Part shown: positions 32,575-42,490 of the stretch, piece by piece
How positions within the stretch are numbered: the first letter of the stretch is position 1
Layout: each line of letters begins with the position of its first letter
NCBI GenBank assembly: GCA_903839085.1
Contig: CAIMBE010000126.1
Span: 4,014-68,013 of the forward strand
Direction of reading: 5' to 3'
Source: an uncultured beta proteobacterium
GTDB lineage: Bacteria > Pseudomonadota > Gammaproteobacteria > Burkholderiales > Burkholderiaceae_C
DNA length: 64,000 nucleotides
The notes under the pieces: generated by a model
Told to the model about the DNA's origin: nothing
Databases searched by the model: none
The model's input: the letters and a program-made list of their open reading frames with translations, nothing else
Translations under genes and position numbers: made by a program

Positions 32575-33753
32575 ATGCCTGCCCCCTCTCACACTCCGCC
32601 AAAAAAATCCTGGTCTTGGCGCAGCCAGGCGTTTCGGGCACTGATCTATCAGATCATCGCAGTGGCCGTGATTGGGCTCACTGTCTTCTACCTCGCAAAC
32701 AACACCGCCACCAATATGCGCGCGCGAGGCATCCAGAGCGGATTCGATTTTTTGTTGGGTTCGGCCGGTTTTGACATCGGCGAGAGTCTGTTCCCCTTTG
32801 ATTCTGGAGAACCCTACTGGCATGCCTACCTGGCTGGCATGATCAACACCCTGCGTGTTGCTGTCATCGGAATCATTTCCACCACCCTGCTGGGCACTCT
32901 CGTTGGCGTCGGGCGCTTTTCGCGAAACGCGCTGGTCCGTGGTTTATGCGTCGCCTATGTCGAGTTCTTCCGCAATATTCCGGTCCTGCTGCAACTGCTG
33001 ATGTGGTACCTCATGTTCACCGAGGTTCTTCCGGCGGCCAACCAACCGTGGATCGTGGGTGCCGTGTTTCTAAGTAAGGGCGGATTGAATTTTCCGATTC
33101 CGGTATGGGCCGACGGCCACGTTTGGGCAGCCATCGGCATGTTGGTCGGTCTGTTTGCGGCGTGGGCCTACAGCCGCAATGCGCGCCATGCATTTGAACT
33201 GACCGGGCGGCCCAGGAGCATGTTCCTGGTCCCTGTCGCGATGGTCCTGGCATTTGGCCTGATCGGCTGGCTTTTCGGCGGCGCACCAACTGCAATGGAC
33301 AAACCCATGCAGGGCGAGTTTGCAGTCGAGCACGGGGGCTCGCTGACACCTGAATTCCTGTCGATGCTGTTGGGACTGACCATCTATACGGCAGCCTTCG
33401 TGGCAGAGGTGGTCCGAAGCGGCATCCAATCAGTTGCCGCGGGTCAGGCAGAGGCTGCCAGCGCCCTTGGGTTGAATCGCGGCCAGAGCATGCGACTGAT
33501 CATGCTGCCGCAAGCGCTGCGGGTCATCATTCCTCCGATGACCAATCAGTTCCTGAACCTTACCAAGAATTCTTCACTGGCAGTGGCTATCGGCTACCCC
33601 GATGTGGTGTCCATTGCCAACACAGCCATCAACCAGACCGGTCGCGCTGTGGAGTGCATTGCAATCATCATGCTTGTCTATCTGAGCACATCGCTCTTCA
33701 CCTCCGTACTCATGAACTGGTACAACGCACGTGCCGCCATCAAAGAACGTTAA
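32575..33753 (+). CDS. aapQ: amino-acid ABC transporter permease
   Basis: A polytopic 392-aa protein with the EAA-type loop AGQAEAASALGLNRGQSMRLIMLPQALR. Confidence 0.9.
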   Translation: MPAPSHTPPKKSWSWRSQAFRALIYQIIAVAVIGLTVFYLANNTATNMRARGIQSGFDFLLGSAGFDIGESLFPFDSGEPYWHAYLAGMINTLRVAVIGIISTTLLGTLVGVGRFSRNALVRGLCVAYVEFFRNIPVLLQLLMWYLMFTEVLPAANQPWIVGAVFLSKGGLNFPIPVWADGHVWAAIGMLVGLFAAWAYSRNARHAFELTGRPRSMFLVPVAMVLAFGLIGWLFGGAPTAMDKPMQGEFAVEHGGSLTPEFLSMLLGLTIYTAAFVAEVVRSGIQSVAAGQAEAASALGLNRGQSMRLIMLPQALRVIIPPMTNQFLNLTKNSSLAVAIGYPDVVSIANTAINQTGRAVECIAIIMLVYLSTSLFTSVLMNWYNARAAIKER

Positions 33754-33763
33754 GGACAAGAAC

Positions 33764-34864
33764 ATGAGTGCACAAACGTTTCAGACCGTCCATGCCCGAC
33801 CTGCTCCCATCTCGACCGAGGGATGGATCGCCTGGTGCCGGATCAACCTGTTCAACGACTGGAAAACAGCGCTGGGCACTCTTGCGATCGGTGCCGTGCT
33901 GATGACTCTGCTGCCACCCTTGTTTAGATGGGCCTTGGTGGATGCAGTCTGGGTGGCGGACTATACGATCTGCCACGAAGCCAGTGGCGCCTGCTGGGGC
34001 GTGGTTCGTGAAAAATTTCGCTTTATCATTTTTGGTCGTTACCCGTTTGCGGAGCATGGGCGTGCCCTGGTCTGCACCGTGATCCTACTGATGTTGATCA
34101 TTGCCAGTTGCATACGCGCCTGCTGGAGACCTTGGCTGGCCGCAGTCTGGTTGGTCGGACTGTCGGTCTACTTTGTGTTGATGCGCGGCGGCGTATTGGG
34201 CTTGTCGCAGGTTGATACCGACTTGTGGAGCGGTCTTCCGCTGACGATATTGCTGGCAGCGCTGAGCATGACAATGGCCTTCCCGCTTGCCCTGTTCATT
34301 GCCCTGGGGCGACGGTCAGGCATGCCAGCCATTCGCAGCTTGTGTACCATTTATGTCGAACTGATCCGCGGCGTACCGCTGATCTCTGTCCTGTTCATGG
34401 CTTCCTTCATGTTTCCGCTGTTGATGCCGCAGGGCTTTTCAATCGATGTGCTGGTACGGGTGCTGGCAGGCATCACCCTTTTTGCTGCAGCTTACATGGC
34501 CGAAGTTATCCGTGGCGGTCTGCAGGCGATCCCGAAAGGCCAGATTGAAGCTGCCGCGACCTTGGGCCTTTCTTACTGGCAGACACAACGAAAAATTGTC
34601 TTGCCGCAGGCACTGGCCATGGTGGTACCTGGGATCATGAACAACTTCATTTCGACTTTCAAGGATACATCGCTGGTGGCCATTGTGAGTTTGTATGAGT
34701 TGACCGGCGCCATGGGCATGGCCATGAATTCCGATGCCAACTGGCGACCTTTCCGAATCGAGGGCTATCTCTTTATCGCCATGATCTATTTCATCTTCTG
34801 TTTTTCCATGTCGCGCTACAGCCTGTGGATCGAAAAGCATGTCAACCGTGGCACCCAGCGCTGA
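33764..34864 (+). CDS. aapM: amino-acid ABC transporter permease
   Basis: EAA loop KGQIEAAATLGLSYWQTQRKIVLPQAL. Start trimmed to ATG 33764, with AAGGA upstream. Confidence 0.9.
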   Translation: MSAQTFQTVHARPAPISTEGWIAWCRINLFNDWKTALGTLAIGAVLMTLLPPLFRWALVDAVWVADYTICHEASGACWGVVREKFRFIIFGRYPFAEHGRALVCTVILLMLIIASCIRACWRPWLAAVWLVGLSVYFVLMRGGVLGLSQVDTDLWSGLPLTILLAALSMTMAFPLALFIALGRRSGMPAIRSLCTIYVELIRGVPLISVLFMASFMFPLLMPQGFSIDVLVRVLAGITLFAAAYMAEVIRGGLQAIPKGQIEAAATLGLSYWQTQRKIVLPQALAMVVPGIMNNFISTFKDTSLVAIVSLYELTGAMGMAMNSDANWRPFRIEGYLFIAMIYFIFCFSMSRYSLWIEKHVNRGTQR

Positions 34865-34918
34865 GTCTGTCGCAATCATCGACCAGCCATTCTTCAAAGA
34901 CCGTCTCAAGAGTTCATC

Positions 34919-35662
34919 ATGTCAGAACCGATCATCAAATTCGAAAAACTCAACAAGTGGTACGGCAATAATTTTCATGTCCTGCGCGATATCGATCTCA
35001 GCGTGGCGCCAGGGGAGCGCATCGTCATATGCGGACCGTCGGGCTCCGGCAAGTCAACCTTGATCCGTTGCATCAACCGCCTCGAGGAGCATCAGGAAGG
35101 CCGCCTTTTCGTCGACGGCGTGGAGGTCACCGACGATGTCAAGGCAGTTGACGACATTCGCAAGAAAGTCGGCATGGTGTTCCAGCAGTTCAATCTGTTT
35201 CCGCACCTGACGGTTCTTGAGAACCTGACGCTGTCGCCCATGTGGGTCGGCAAGATGCCGAAGAAAGAAGCCGAGGAAAGGGCCATGACCCAGTTGAAGC
35301 GCGTGCGCATCGCCGAGCAGGCGGGCAAATACCCGCTGCAGCTCTCGGGTGGTCAGCAGCAGCGCGTGGCGATTGCCCGCGCCCTTTGCCTGAAACCCAA
35401 GATCATGCTGTTTGATGAACCCACCTCGGCGCTTGATCCCGAAATGATCAAGGAGGTGCTTGATGTGATGGTCGAGATGGCGGGTCAGGGGATCACCATG
35501 CTGTGCGTGACCCATGAGATGGGTTTTGCCAAGGCGGTTGCTGATCGCGTGATCTTCATGGACGAGGGGCAGATCGTCGAGCAGAACAATCCAAACGACT
35601 TTTTCAATAATCCGCAAAACGAGCGCAGCAGGGATTTCCTGTCCAAAATTCTGGGCCATTAA
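34919..35662 (+). CDS. aapP: amino-acid ABC transporter ATP-binding protein
   Basis: Walker A GPSGSGKST, signature LSGGQQQRVAIARAL and Walker B IMLFDEPTSALD are present. Confidence 0.95.
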   Translation: MSEPIIKFEKLNKWYGNNFHVLRDIDLSVAPGERIVICGPSGSGKSTLIRCINRLEEHQEGRLFVDGVEVTDDVKAVDDIRKKVGMVFQQFNLFPHLTVLENLTLSPMWVGKMPKKEAEERAMTQLKRVRIAEQAGKYPLQLSGGQQQRVAIARALCLKPKIMLFDEPTSALDPEMIKEVLDVMVEMAGQGITMLCVTHEMGFAKAVADRVIFMDEGQIVEQNNPNDFFNNPQNERSRDFLSKILGH

Positions 35663-35686
35663 GCGCCAAACCCGACGTACCCGCTC

Positions 35687-36703
35687 ATGAACCGCGCAGA
35701 AGGTCCGACCGGATCAATCACGGATGTCCTCGGTCTCGAGGTCGGACACTTCACCGATGCACGCCGACCCACCGGCTGCACCGTGATCGTCTTGCGCGAG
35801 GGCGCGGTTGCCGGGGTGGACGTGCGCGGCGCGGCGCCGGGCACGCGCGAGACCGACCTGCTGCATCCGTCCAATCTGGTCGAGCGCGTTCACGCGATCA
35901 TGCTGGCCGGCGGCAGTGCCTGGGGCCTGGATGCGGCCAGCGGCGTGATGCAGTGGCTCGAAGAAAACAACATCGGCCTGCCGGTTGGTTTCGGACTTGT
36001 GCCTATCGTCCCGGCTGCCGTCCTGTTCGATTTGCCGGTGGGCGACGCCCGCATCAGGCCCGACGCGAGTGCCGGCTATCAGGCCTGCCTTGCGGCCGGG
36101 CGCAGCGCCCCCGCCGAGGGCAATGTGGGTGCCGGAGCCGGGGCGCTGGTCGGAAAACTGTTCGGACTGCAGCGCGCGATGCGCGGTGGCATCGGCAGCG
36201 CCGCCATCAGCGTCGACGGCGTCACGGTCGGCGCCATCGTTGCCTGCAACGCCATGGGCGATATCGTCGACCCAAGGACCGGCGCTGTGATCGCCGGCGC
36301 CCGAACGGCAGATGGCGCGGGCCTGCGCAACAGCCGCGACGCCCTTCTGGCCGGTGAAGGTCCCCAACCCGTTCTGGCTGGTACCAACACGACCATTGGC
36401 GTGATCGCCACCGATGCGATCCTGAGCAAGGCGCAGGCTCACCGTCTTGCCGTGGTCGCGCATGACGGACTCGCGCGCAGCATCAACCCGGTGCATACCA
36501 TGTCAGACGGCGACACCCTGTTTGCGTTGGGGACCGGGCGGGCTGGCAAGACCGCCGGCATGATGCTGCTCAGCACCCTGGCAGCCGAGGTCACCGCCCG
36601 TGCTGTCGTGCGCGCCGCGATGGCGGCCCGCAGCCTGAACTGCAACGGGATGCACTGGCCGGCGGCCAGGGACCTGGCAGGGTCGGCTACTTCAGCGCCT
36701 TGA
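35687..36703 (+). CDS. P1 (DmpA/S58) family aminopeptidase
   Basis: DmpA-type features: GLEVGHFTD, AIMLAGGSAWGLDA and the self-processing region GTNTTIGVIATDA. It starts 24 nt after aapP. Confidence 0.85.
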   Translation: MNRAEGPTGSITDVLGLEVGHFTDARRPTGCTVIVLREGAVAGVDVRGAAPGTRETDLLHPSNLVERVHAIMLAGGSAWGLDAASGVMQWLEENNIGLPVGFGLVPIVPAAVLFDLPVGDARIRPDASAGYQACLAAGRSAPAEGNVGAGAGALVGKLFGLQRAMRGGIGSAAISVDGVTVGAIVACNAMGDIVDPRTGAVIAGARTADGAGLRNSRDALLAGEGPQPVLAGTNTTIGVIATDAILSKAQAHRLAVVAHDGLARSINPVHTMSDGDTLFALGTGRAGKTAGMMLLSTLAAEVTARAVVRAAMAARSLNCNGMHWPAARDLAGSATSAP

Positions 36704-38348
36704 AGCGCATGCGCTTGGGCTTGGCGCCCTCTTCGCCCAGGCGCCTGCGCTTGTCAGCCTCATATTCCTGGTAGTTGCCATCGAAGAAGGTCCACTGGCT
36801 GTCGCCCTCGCAAGCCAGGATGTGGGTCGCAATGCGGTCCAGGAACCAGCGGTCATGGCTGATCACCATGATCGATCCGGCAAACTCCAGCAAGGCGTCT
36901 TCGAGCGCGCGCAGCGTCTCCACATCAAGGTCATTGGACGGCTCGTCGAGCATCAGCACGTTGCCCCCTGCGATCAGGGTCTTGGCCAGATGCAGCCGCC
37001 CGCGCTCGCCGCCTGAAAGATTGCCGACGCGCTTTTGCTGATCCGCACCGTTGAAATTGAAGCGCCCGCAATACGCCCGGCTTGCCATCTGGAACTTGCC
37101 GACATTGAGAATATCGAGTCCGCCGGACACGTCTTCCCAGACGGTCTTCTCGTTGGACAGATCGTCCCGGCTCTGGTCCACAAATGCCATCTTGACGGTC
37201 GAGCCGACCTTGACGTCACCGCTGTCGGGCTTTTGCTTTCCGGCGATCATCCGGAACAGGGTCGACTTGCCGGCGCCGTTGGGACCAATAATGCCGACAA
37301 TGGCGCCTGGCGGCACCTTGAAACTCAGGTTGTCAATCAGCAACCGATCACCAAACGACTTGCTGACATTCACAAATTCAATCACTTCATTGCCGAGCCG
37401 ATCGGCGACCGGGATAAATATTTCGTTGGTTTCGTTGCGTTTCTGATATTCGAAATCCGACAATTCCTCGAAGCGGGTCAGCCGCGCCTTGCTCTTGGCT
37501 TGCCGCGCCTTCGGATTCTGGCGCGCCCATTCGAGCTCCTTCTTCAGCGCCTTGGCGCGTGATTCCTCGCCCTTCTGCTCCTGCGCCAGGCGCTCCTGCT
37601 TCTGCTCCAGCCAGGCGCTGTAATTGCCCTTGTAGGGGATGCCGGCGCCACGATCGAGTTCCAGAATCCATTCGGCCGCGTTGTCCAGAAAATAGCGGTC
37701 ATGGGTAATGGCCACCACCGTGCCCGGATAGCGCAACAGGAACTGTTCGAGCCAGTCCACCGATTCAGCGTCCAGGTGGTTGGTAGGCTCGTCCAGCAGC
37801 AGCATGTCTGGTTTGGACAACAGCAGGCGGCACAGTGCAACCCGGCGCTTTTCGCCGCCTGAAAGCAGACCGATGGTGGCGTCCCATGGAGGCAGGCGCA
37901 GCGCGTCGGCTGCAATCTCAAGCTGGTGTTCCGAATCGGTTCCGGCGCTGCCTATGATGGCCTCCATCTTGGCCTGCTCGTCGGCCAGCGCATCAAAATC
38001 AGCATCTTCCTCGCCGTAAGCGGCATAGATCTCTTCCAGCCGATTCTTCGCCGCAAGAACGTCGCCCATGCCGGCCTCGACGCTCTCACGCACGGTCTGC
38101 TCCGGGTCGAGCTGCGGCTCCTGCGGCAAGTAGCCGATATTGAGTCCCGGCATCGGGATCGCCTCGCCCTCAAACTCCTGGTCGACCCCTGCCATGATCT
38201 TGAGCAGGGTGGACTTGCCGGAGCCGTTGGTACCCAGCACGCCAATCTTGGCGCCCGGAAAGAAGCTGAGGGAGATGTCTTTGAGAATGAAACGCTTCGG
38301 CGGAATGATCTTGCCGAGGTGATTCATGGAAAATACGTATTGAGCCAT
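36687..38348 (-). CDS. ettA: energy-dependent translational throttle protein EttA (ABC-F)
   Basis: Two ABC cassettes (GTNGSGKST ... LSGGEKRR; GPNGAGKST ... LSGGERGR) are separated by the ABC-F linker. The N-terminus MAQYVFSMN is typical. Confidence 0.97.
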   Translation of the reverse strand: MAQYVFSMNHLGKIIPPKRFILKDISLSFFPGAKIGVLGTNGSGKSTLLKIMAGVDQEFEGEAIPMPGLNIGYLPQEPQLDPEQTVRESVEAGMGDVLAAKNRLEEIYAAYGEEDADFDALADEQAKMEAIIGSAGTDSEHQLEIAADALRLPPWDATIGLLSGGEKRRVALCRLLLSKPDMLLLDEPTNHLDAESVDWLEQFLLRYPGTVVAITHDRYFLDNAAEWILELDRGAGIPYKGNYSAWLEQKQERLAQEQKGEESRAKALKKELEWARQNPKARQAKSKARLTRFEELSDFEYQKRNETNEIFIPVADRLGNEVIEFVNVSKSFGDRLLIDNLSFKVPPGAIVGIIGPNGAGKSTLFRMIAGKQKPDSGDVKVGSTVKMAFVDQSRDDLSNEKTVWEDVSGGLDILNVGKFQMASRAYCGRFNFNGADQQKRVGNLSGGERGRLHLAKTLIAGGNVLMLDEPSNDLDVETLRALEDALLEFAGSIMVISHDRWFLDRIATHILACEGDSQWTFFDGNYQEYEADKRRRLGEEGAKPKRMRFKALK

Positions 38349-38430
38349 TGGACGAGCGTGAGTTTGCGGGAGGTAAATCCAGCATTATCGACGCATCGAC
38401 CGACCGCATCGGTCGGTCAGCCACTGGCCC

Positions 38431-39858
38431 TCAGGAATGCGATGCCACCTGATGCCATGGTCGGGATACAAACCCGGCCATCAAATCAGGAATTCCGGCG
38501 TTCAATCGGTCCTTCGCAAATTCATCTGCCAGGCTCTGCGCACTTTTCCTCAATGGCCAGTCAGTCTCCAGTTTGCGCAAGACGGACTCGAACAGGGCAG
38601 CGCCCCCGTCTCTGCCGTTCAAGGCATCGACAGCGGCCGTTGCAGCCACCAGAAAGCGACGGAATTGCGGCTCATCACCGGTTCCCAAAGTCAGACCGCG
38701 GCCGATCAGCCACTCCAGAAACTGGCGCGCGGCGTGCTGGCGATCACTGAAAAATCGAGGATCGGAGCGCGCCAGGCCCAGCAAGGCAGGCTCCAGTCCC
38801 TTGACGAGATCCCTCACCTCTGGCAACAGTTTTTCATCCAGCAACAGGCTGTCAAGCATCAGGCGCACCACCTCCTCGCCCAACTGCGCGCTCACCGGTC
38901 GGGTCCCGGCCTGCCCGCTCAGAGCGGCCTGACCCGGAAGAATTTCGGACCCCGCCGTTTCAGCCGCCTGACTACCCCGATCGGTCAGCCGCTGCATCAT
39001 GGGCTTTAGCAACTTCAGGTCCTCCAGCGCGACATAGGAGAACGGCACCGTCGGCAAGAAATCCTGTCCGCGCGGATTTCTGTCAGCCTCGCCCGACAGC
39101 AAGCGCCGAAATTTGTCCAGCATCGCCATGGTCCGGCTGACCGAGCTATTCGCCGTCGCCAGCGACACCGGATTTCCCGTGCCCAGGCAGACGCCAACGG
39201 GCCAGGCCGGCTCCACGCCGCAGGAGCGCAACCAGTCACAGATCTCGCGATAAAACTGCCGAAGGCTGACCCCGAGCAGCCCGGCAGATGGAACCAGCAG
39301 GGCTGTCCTCTCCTGGCCGCCCGGTACGTGCTGGCGCAAGGTGGCAAGCAGCGCGTTCACAAAAACTTCGGCCTTAAGGGGGTTGAGCTGCGGCTGCACG
39401 GTCGTCCAGCCGGCGAGGCTGCTGACCAGGGCGTCAACGGATGGCAGGACGTCATCAACGCAGCGCGAGACTTCCTGCAGCGCCACCGCGAGTTCAAAGC
39501 TCGCATCCATCTGATCGCCATCGAGGAGTTTCAGTTCGGCATAAGGTGTGGTTGCCCTGTCGTCCCCGTCCTGGGCGCAGCCGCGCCTGATGCCAAGCTC
39601 CAATTCAGCGATAAACGTCGCGATCAGCAAAGATTCCTGCGCGCTCAGCAAGTCTGTCATCCCCTTGCTGACCGGGACGGGACAGGTAAAAGCGCTATTG
39701 AACCGGGTCTTGCTGCTCAAACCGGTCAAGCCATCAAGCACCTCACGCATCAGGGTGTCCGCCGCGGCGATCACAGCCTGGATGCAGTCATGCAAGGTCG
39801 GGCGCGTGCCGGCCTGTTCGTTGGCTACGCCGATGCGGTGAAGTTTGAATCTGCTCAT
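38431..39858 (-). CDS. hypothetical protein, possibly DUF1631-like
   Basis: A 475-aa ORF fills the gap between ettA and the helicase. The segment PEVRDLVKGLEPALLGLARSDPRFFSDRQHAARQFLEWL resembles the DUF1631 core from memory only. Confidence 0.6.
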   Translation of the reverse strand: MSRFKLHRIGVANEQAGTRPTLHDCIQAVIAAADTLMREVLDGLTGLSSKTRFNSAFTCPVPVSKGMTDLLSAQESLLIATFIAELELGIRRGCAQDGDDRATTPYAELKLLDGDQMDASFELAVALQEVSRCVDDVLPSVDALVSSLAGWTTVQPQLNPLKAEVFVNALLATLRQHVPGGQERTALLVPSAGLLGVSLRQFYREICDWLRSCGVEPAWPVGVCLGTGNPVSLATANSSVSRTMAMLDKFRRLLSGEADRNPRGQDFLPTVPFSYVALEDLKLLKPMMQRLTDRGSQAAETAGSEILPGQAALSGQAGTRPVSAQLGEEVVRLMLDSLLLDEKLLPEVRDLVKGLEPALLGLARSDPRFFSDRQHAARQFLEWLIGRGLTLGTGDEPQFRRFLVAATAAVDALNGRDGGAALFESVLRKLETDWPLRKSAQSLADEFAKDRLNAGIPDLMAGFVSRPWHQVASHS

Positions 39859-40220
39859 GTAAGGGTCTACCTCAGATTACGGATTCGTTGCCGTTTTCGA
39901 CATTCTCCGCCTTGTTTTCGTTCTTGAACAGCTTGCTCACATATTGTTTCAAATCACTACAAGGCGGCCCTTGAAACTTACAATTGACAGCGCTCGGTTC
40001 ACTGCCAGCGCGCCAAACCGCGGCAAGAAAAACAAGATATTCGATACCGTGCGACAATGCAGCCGTTGTGGAGCATCAGTTACCCACAATGTCGGCACCT
40101 CGCCGGGAACATGGCCTTGCGCAGATGTTCCAACTTTGTCTCCCATCTGCCTTTGACTGACTTGGCGCTAATCGCGCCGGGACAGGCCGATGCCATAGCG
40201 CTCAGGAAGAGCGCCAAACT

Positions 40221-41906
40221 ATGAACTTTGAAAAATTGAATCTGGCTCCGGCCATTGTCAAGGCTGTGCTTGAACAAGGCTACGTCACCCCAACCGCCAT
40301 CCAGGCGCAGGCTATTCCTGCCGTGCTCGATGGTCACGATCTGCTCGGCGGGGCCCAGACCGGCACCGGCAAGACGGCCGCCTTTGTGCTGCCCATGCTG
40401 CACAAACTCAGCAACAGCGACGCACCGAAAAACAAATTCGGCGGCGTCGGCATTCGCGCCCTGGTTCTGACACCCACGCGCGAACTCGCCGCACAGGTCG
40501 AAGAGTCGGTAAAGACCTACGGCAAGTACCTGGAACTGACCTCCACGGTCGTCTTCGGCGGTGTCGGTATGAACCCGCAGATCAGCCGCGTCAAGAAAGG
40601 CGTCGATATTCTGGTGGCCACACCCGGGCGCCTGCTCGACCTGCTGCAGCAGGGAGTACTTGATCTCGGTCAGGTGCAGATCCTGGTCCTCGACGAAGCG
40701 GATCGCATGCTTGACATGGGTTTCATCCACGACGTGAAGAAGGTGTTGGCCGTCGTGCCAAAAGCCAAGCAGAGTCTGCTGTTCTCGGCCACCTTCAGTG
40801 ACGAAATTCGCGACCTGGCGGCCACCCTGCTGAAGAACCCGCAAAGCATTCAGGTGACGCCGGGCAACACGACGGTCCAGCGCATCACGCAGATCATTCA
40901 CCCGGTCGGGCGCGGCAAGAAGAAGGCCTTGCTGGCGCACATCATCCAGCAGCACAACTGGAGCCAGGTATTGGTCTTCACGCGCACCAAGTTCGGTGCC
41001 AACAATGTTGCCGAGTTCCTCGTCAAGAACGGCATCAATGCGATGGCCCTGCATGGCAACAAAAGCCAGGTGGCGCGCACCCAGGCGCTGGCCGGATTCA
41101 AGAGCGGCGATATCCGGGCCCTGGTAGCGACCGACATTGCGGCACGCGGCATCGACATCGATGACCTGCCGCACGTGGTCAACTACGACATCCCGAACGT
41201 CAGCGAAGACTACGTGCATCGCATCGGCCGCACCGGCCGCGCCGGCGCCGATGGTCAGGCGGTCAATCTGGTGTGTCTGGACGAAGAAGGTTTCATGCAG
41301 GCCATTGAACGTTTCACCAAACAGGAAATACCGGTGCAGATCGTGGAAGGCTTCATGCCAGAGCCCGGCGAAAAGGCGGAACCGATTGCCATGGGTCGCC
41401 AGACCATCTGGGGCGGCGCCGGAAAACCGCCTAGCCGGGACGTGATGCAGGCGGCGGCCAAGGCGGCGCGTTCCGAGATGATGCAGCGCGTGCGCGAGAG
41501 CAAGGGCGCGCAGGGCGAGCGTACCGGCGGCGCAGGCGCTCGCCGGGGTGGCGGCGCCGGTGCAGGGCCGCGCAGCACGGGCCAACGCACTCCCAACCCG
41601 CTCGGCGAGCAGCAGCCGCGCGGTGCCAGGCCGGCACAGGGCCGCGGCGGCTATGCCGGGGGAGGCAGCACCGGCGGCAACTCCGCACCCTCGCGCTCCG
41701 CACAAGGCCAGCCCGACCCGATGCGCACCAGTGTCGATATGATGGCTGAACGCGGTGCCCGCCGTGGCTCTTATGCCGGCGGCAACCGCAATGGAGGTTC
41801 CTATGCTGGATCAGGTGGCCGCTCCGGCGGCGGGGCGGGTGGCTTTGGTGGCGGGGGCAACGGGTCTCGTGGGCCGGGAGGTTCTCGCGGCTCTTTTAAC
41901 CGATAA
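40221..41906 (+). CDS. rhlE: ATP-dependent DEAD-box RNA helicase with Arg/Gly-rich C-terminal tail
   Basis: Motifs [19 protein letters not shown] and [10 protein letters not shown] are present. The last ~130 aa are an RGG-type low-complexity tail. Confidence 0.93.
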   Translation: MNFEKLNLAPAIVKAVLEQGYVTPTAIQAQAIPAVLDGHDLLGGAQTGTGKTAAFVLPMLHKLSNSDAPKNKFGGVGIRALVLTPTRELAAQVEESVKTYGKYLELTSTVVFGGVGMNPQISRVKKGVDILVATPGRLLDLLQQGVLDLGQVQILVLDEADRMLDMGFIHDVKKVLAVVPKAKQSLLFSATFSDEIRDLAATLLKNPQSIQVTPGNTTVQRITQIIHPVGRGKKKALLAHIIQQHNWSQVLVFTRTKFGANNVAEFLVKNGINAMALHGNKSQVARTQALAGFKSGDIRALVATDIAARGIDIDDLPHVVNYDIPNVSEDYVHRIGRTGRAGADGQAVNLVCLDEEGFMQAIERFTKQEIPVQIVEGFMPEPGEKAEPIAMGRQTIWGGAGKPPSRDVMQAAAKAARSEMMQRVRESKGAQGERTGGAGARRGGGAGAGPRSTGQRTPNPLGEQQPRGARPAQGRGGYAGGGSTGGNSAPSRSAQGQPDPMRTSVDMMAERGARRGSYAGGNRNGGSYAGSGGRSGGGAGGFGGGGNGSRGPGGSRGSFNR

Positions 41907-42489
41907 GCGCTACGCCGCGGTTCACGCGGTGGGCCGTCGGCCATTGTCGGTCAAGCACGCGAAACTGTTCAATCACGTGGTGGACTTCACCGCATCCCCG
42001 ACGCTGTCGGAGATTGCGAGGATTGACGATGTCATCATCGCCCTTGGCACCACCATCAAGGTGGCGGGCAGCCAGCAGGCTTTTCGCGCCGTCGACTTCG
42101 ACGCCGTTGTCGCGATCGCCCGCGCTGCCAGGGCCAGGGGTGCCACCCGGCTCGGAATCGTCAGCGCCATGGGCGCCAACCCGAAGTCGGGTGTCTTTTA
42201 CAACCGCGTCAAGGGTGAAATGGAAGCCGCCGTGACGGCCTTGGGCTACCCGACACTGGTCATTGCGCGACCCTCGATGCTGGTGGGCGACCGCAGGGCG
42301 CTGGGTCAGCCTGAGCGTCCCGCCGAAAGATTTGTGGCGCTGGCGATGCCCCTTTTGAAGCAATTGATTCCAGCCAACTACCGGGCCATCACGGCAGTGC
42401 AGGTGGCGCGCGCACTGCTCGCGGCAATGCAAGGTACGGATCAGGGAGCGCGTGTCTTGCTGTCAGGTGACATGCAGCCAATCCGCTGA
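41803..42489 (+). CDS. NAD(P)H-binding oxidoreductase (atypical SDR / HTATIP2-like)
   Basis: GGAGG lies 5 nt upstream of ATG 41803. The N-terminal Rossmann motif [15 protein letters not shown] is encoded inside the overlap with the helicase 3' end. Confidence 0.8.
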   Translation: MLDQVAAPAAGRVALVAGATGLVGREVLAALLTDKRYAAVHAVGRRPLSVKHAKLFNHVVDFTASPTLSEIARIDDVIIALGTTIKVAGSQQAFRAVDFDAVVAIARAARARGATRLGIVSAMGANPKSGVFYNRVKGEMEAAVTALGYPTLVIARPSMLVGDRRALGQPERPAERFVALAMPLLKQLIPANYRAITAVQVARALLAAMQGTDQGARVLLSGDMQPIR

Positions 42490-42490
42490 G

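Noticed and set aside
39983-39988. Consensus TTGACA in the helicase upstream region, considered as a -35 element.
   Set aside because: No acceptable -10 hexamer lies 16-19 nt downstream, and an isolated hexamer match is expected by chance.
41500-41906. GC-rich GGC/GGN-repetitive DNA that looks like a tandem nucleotide repeat.
   Set aside because: It has no fixed period. It is simply the codon bias of an Arg/Gly-rich low-complexity helicase tail.
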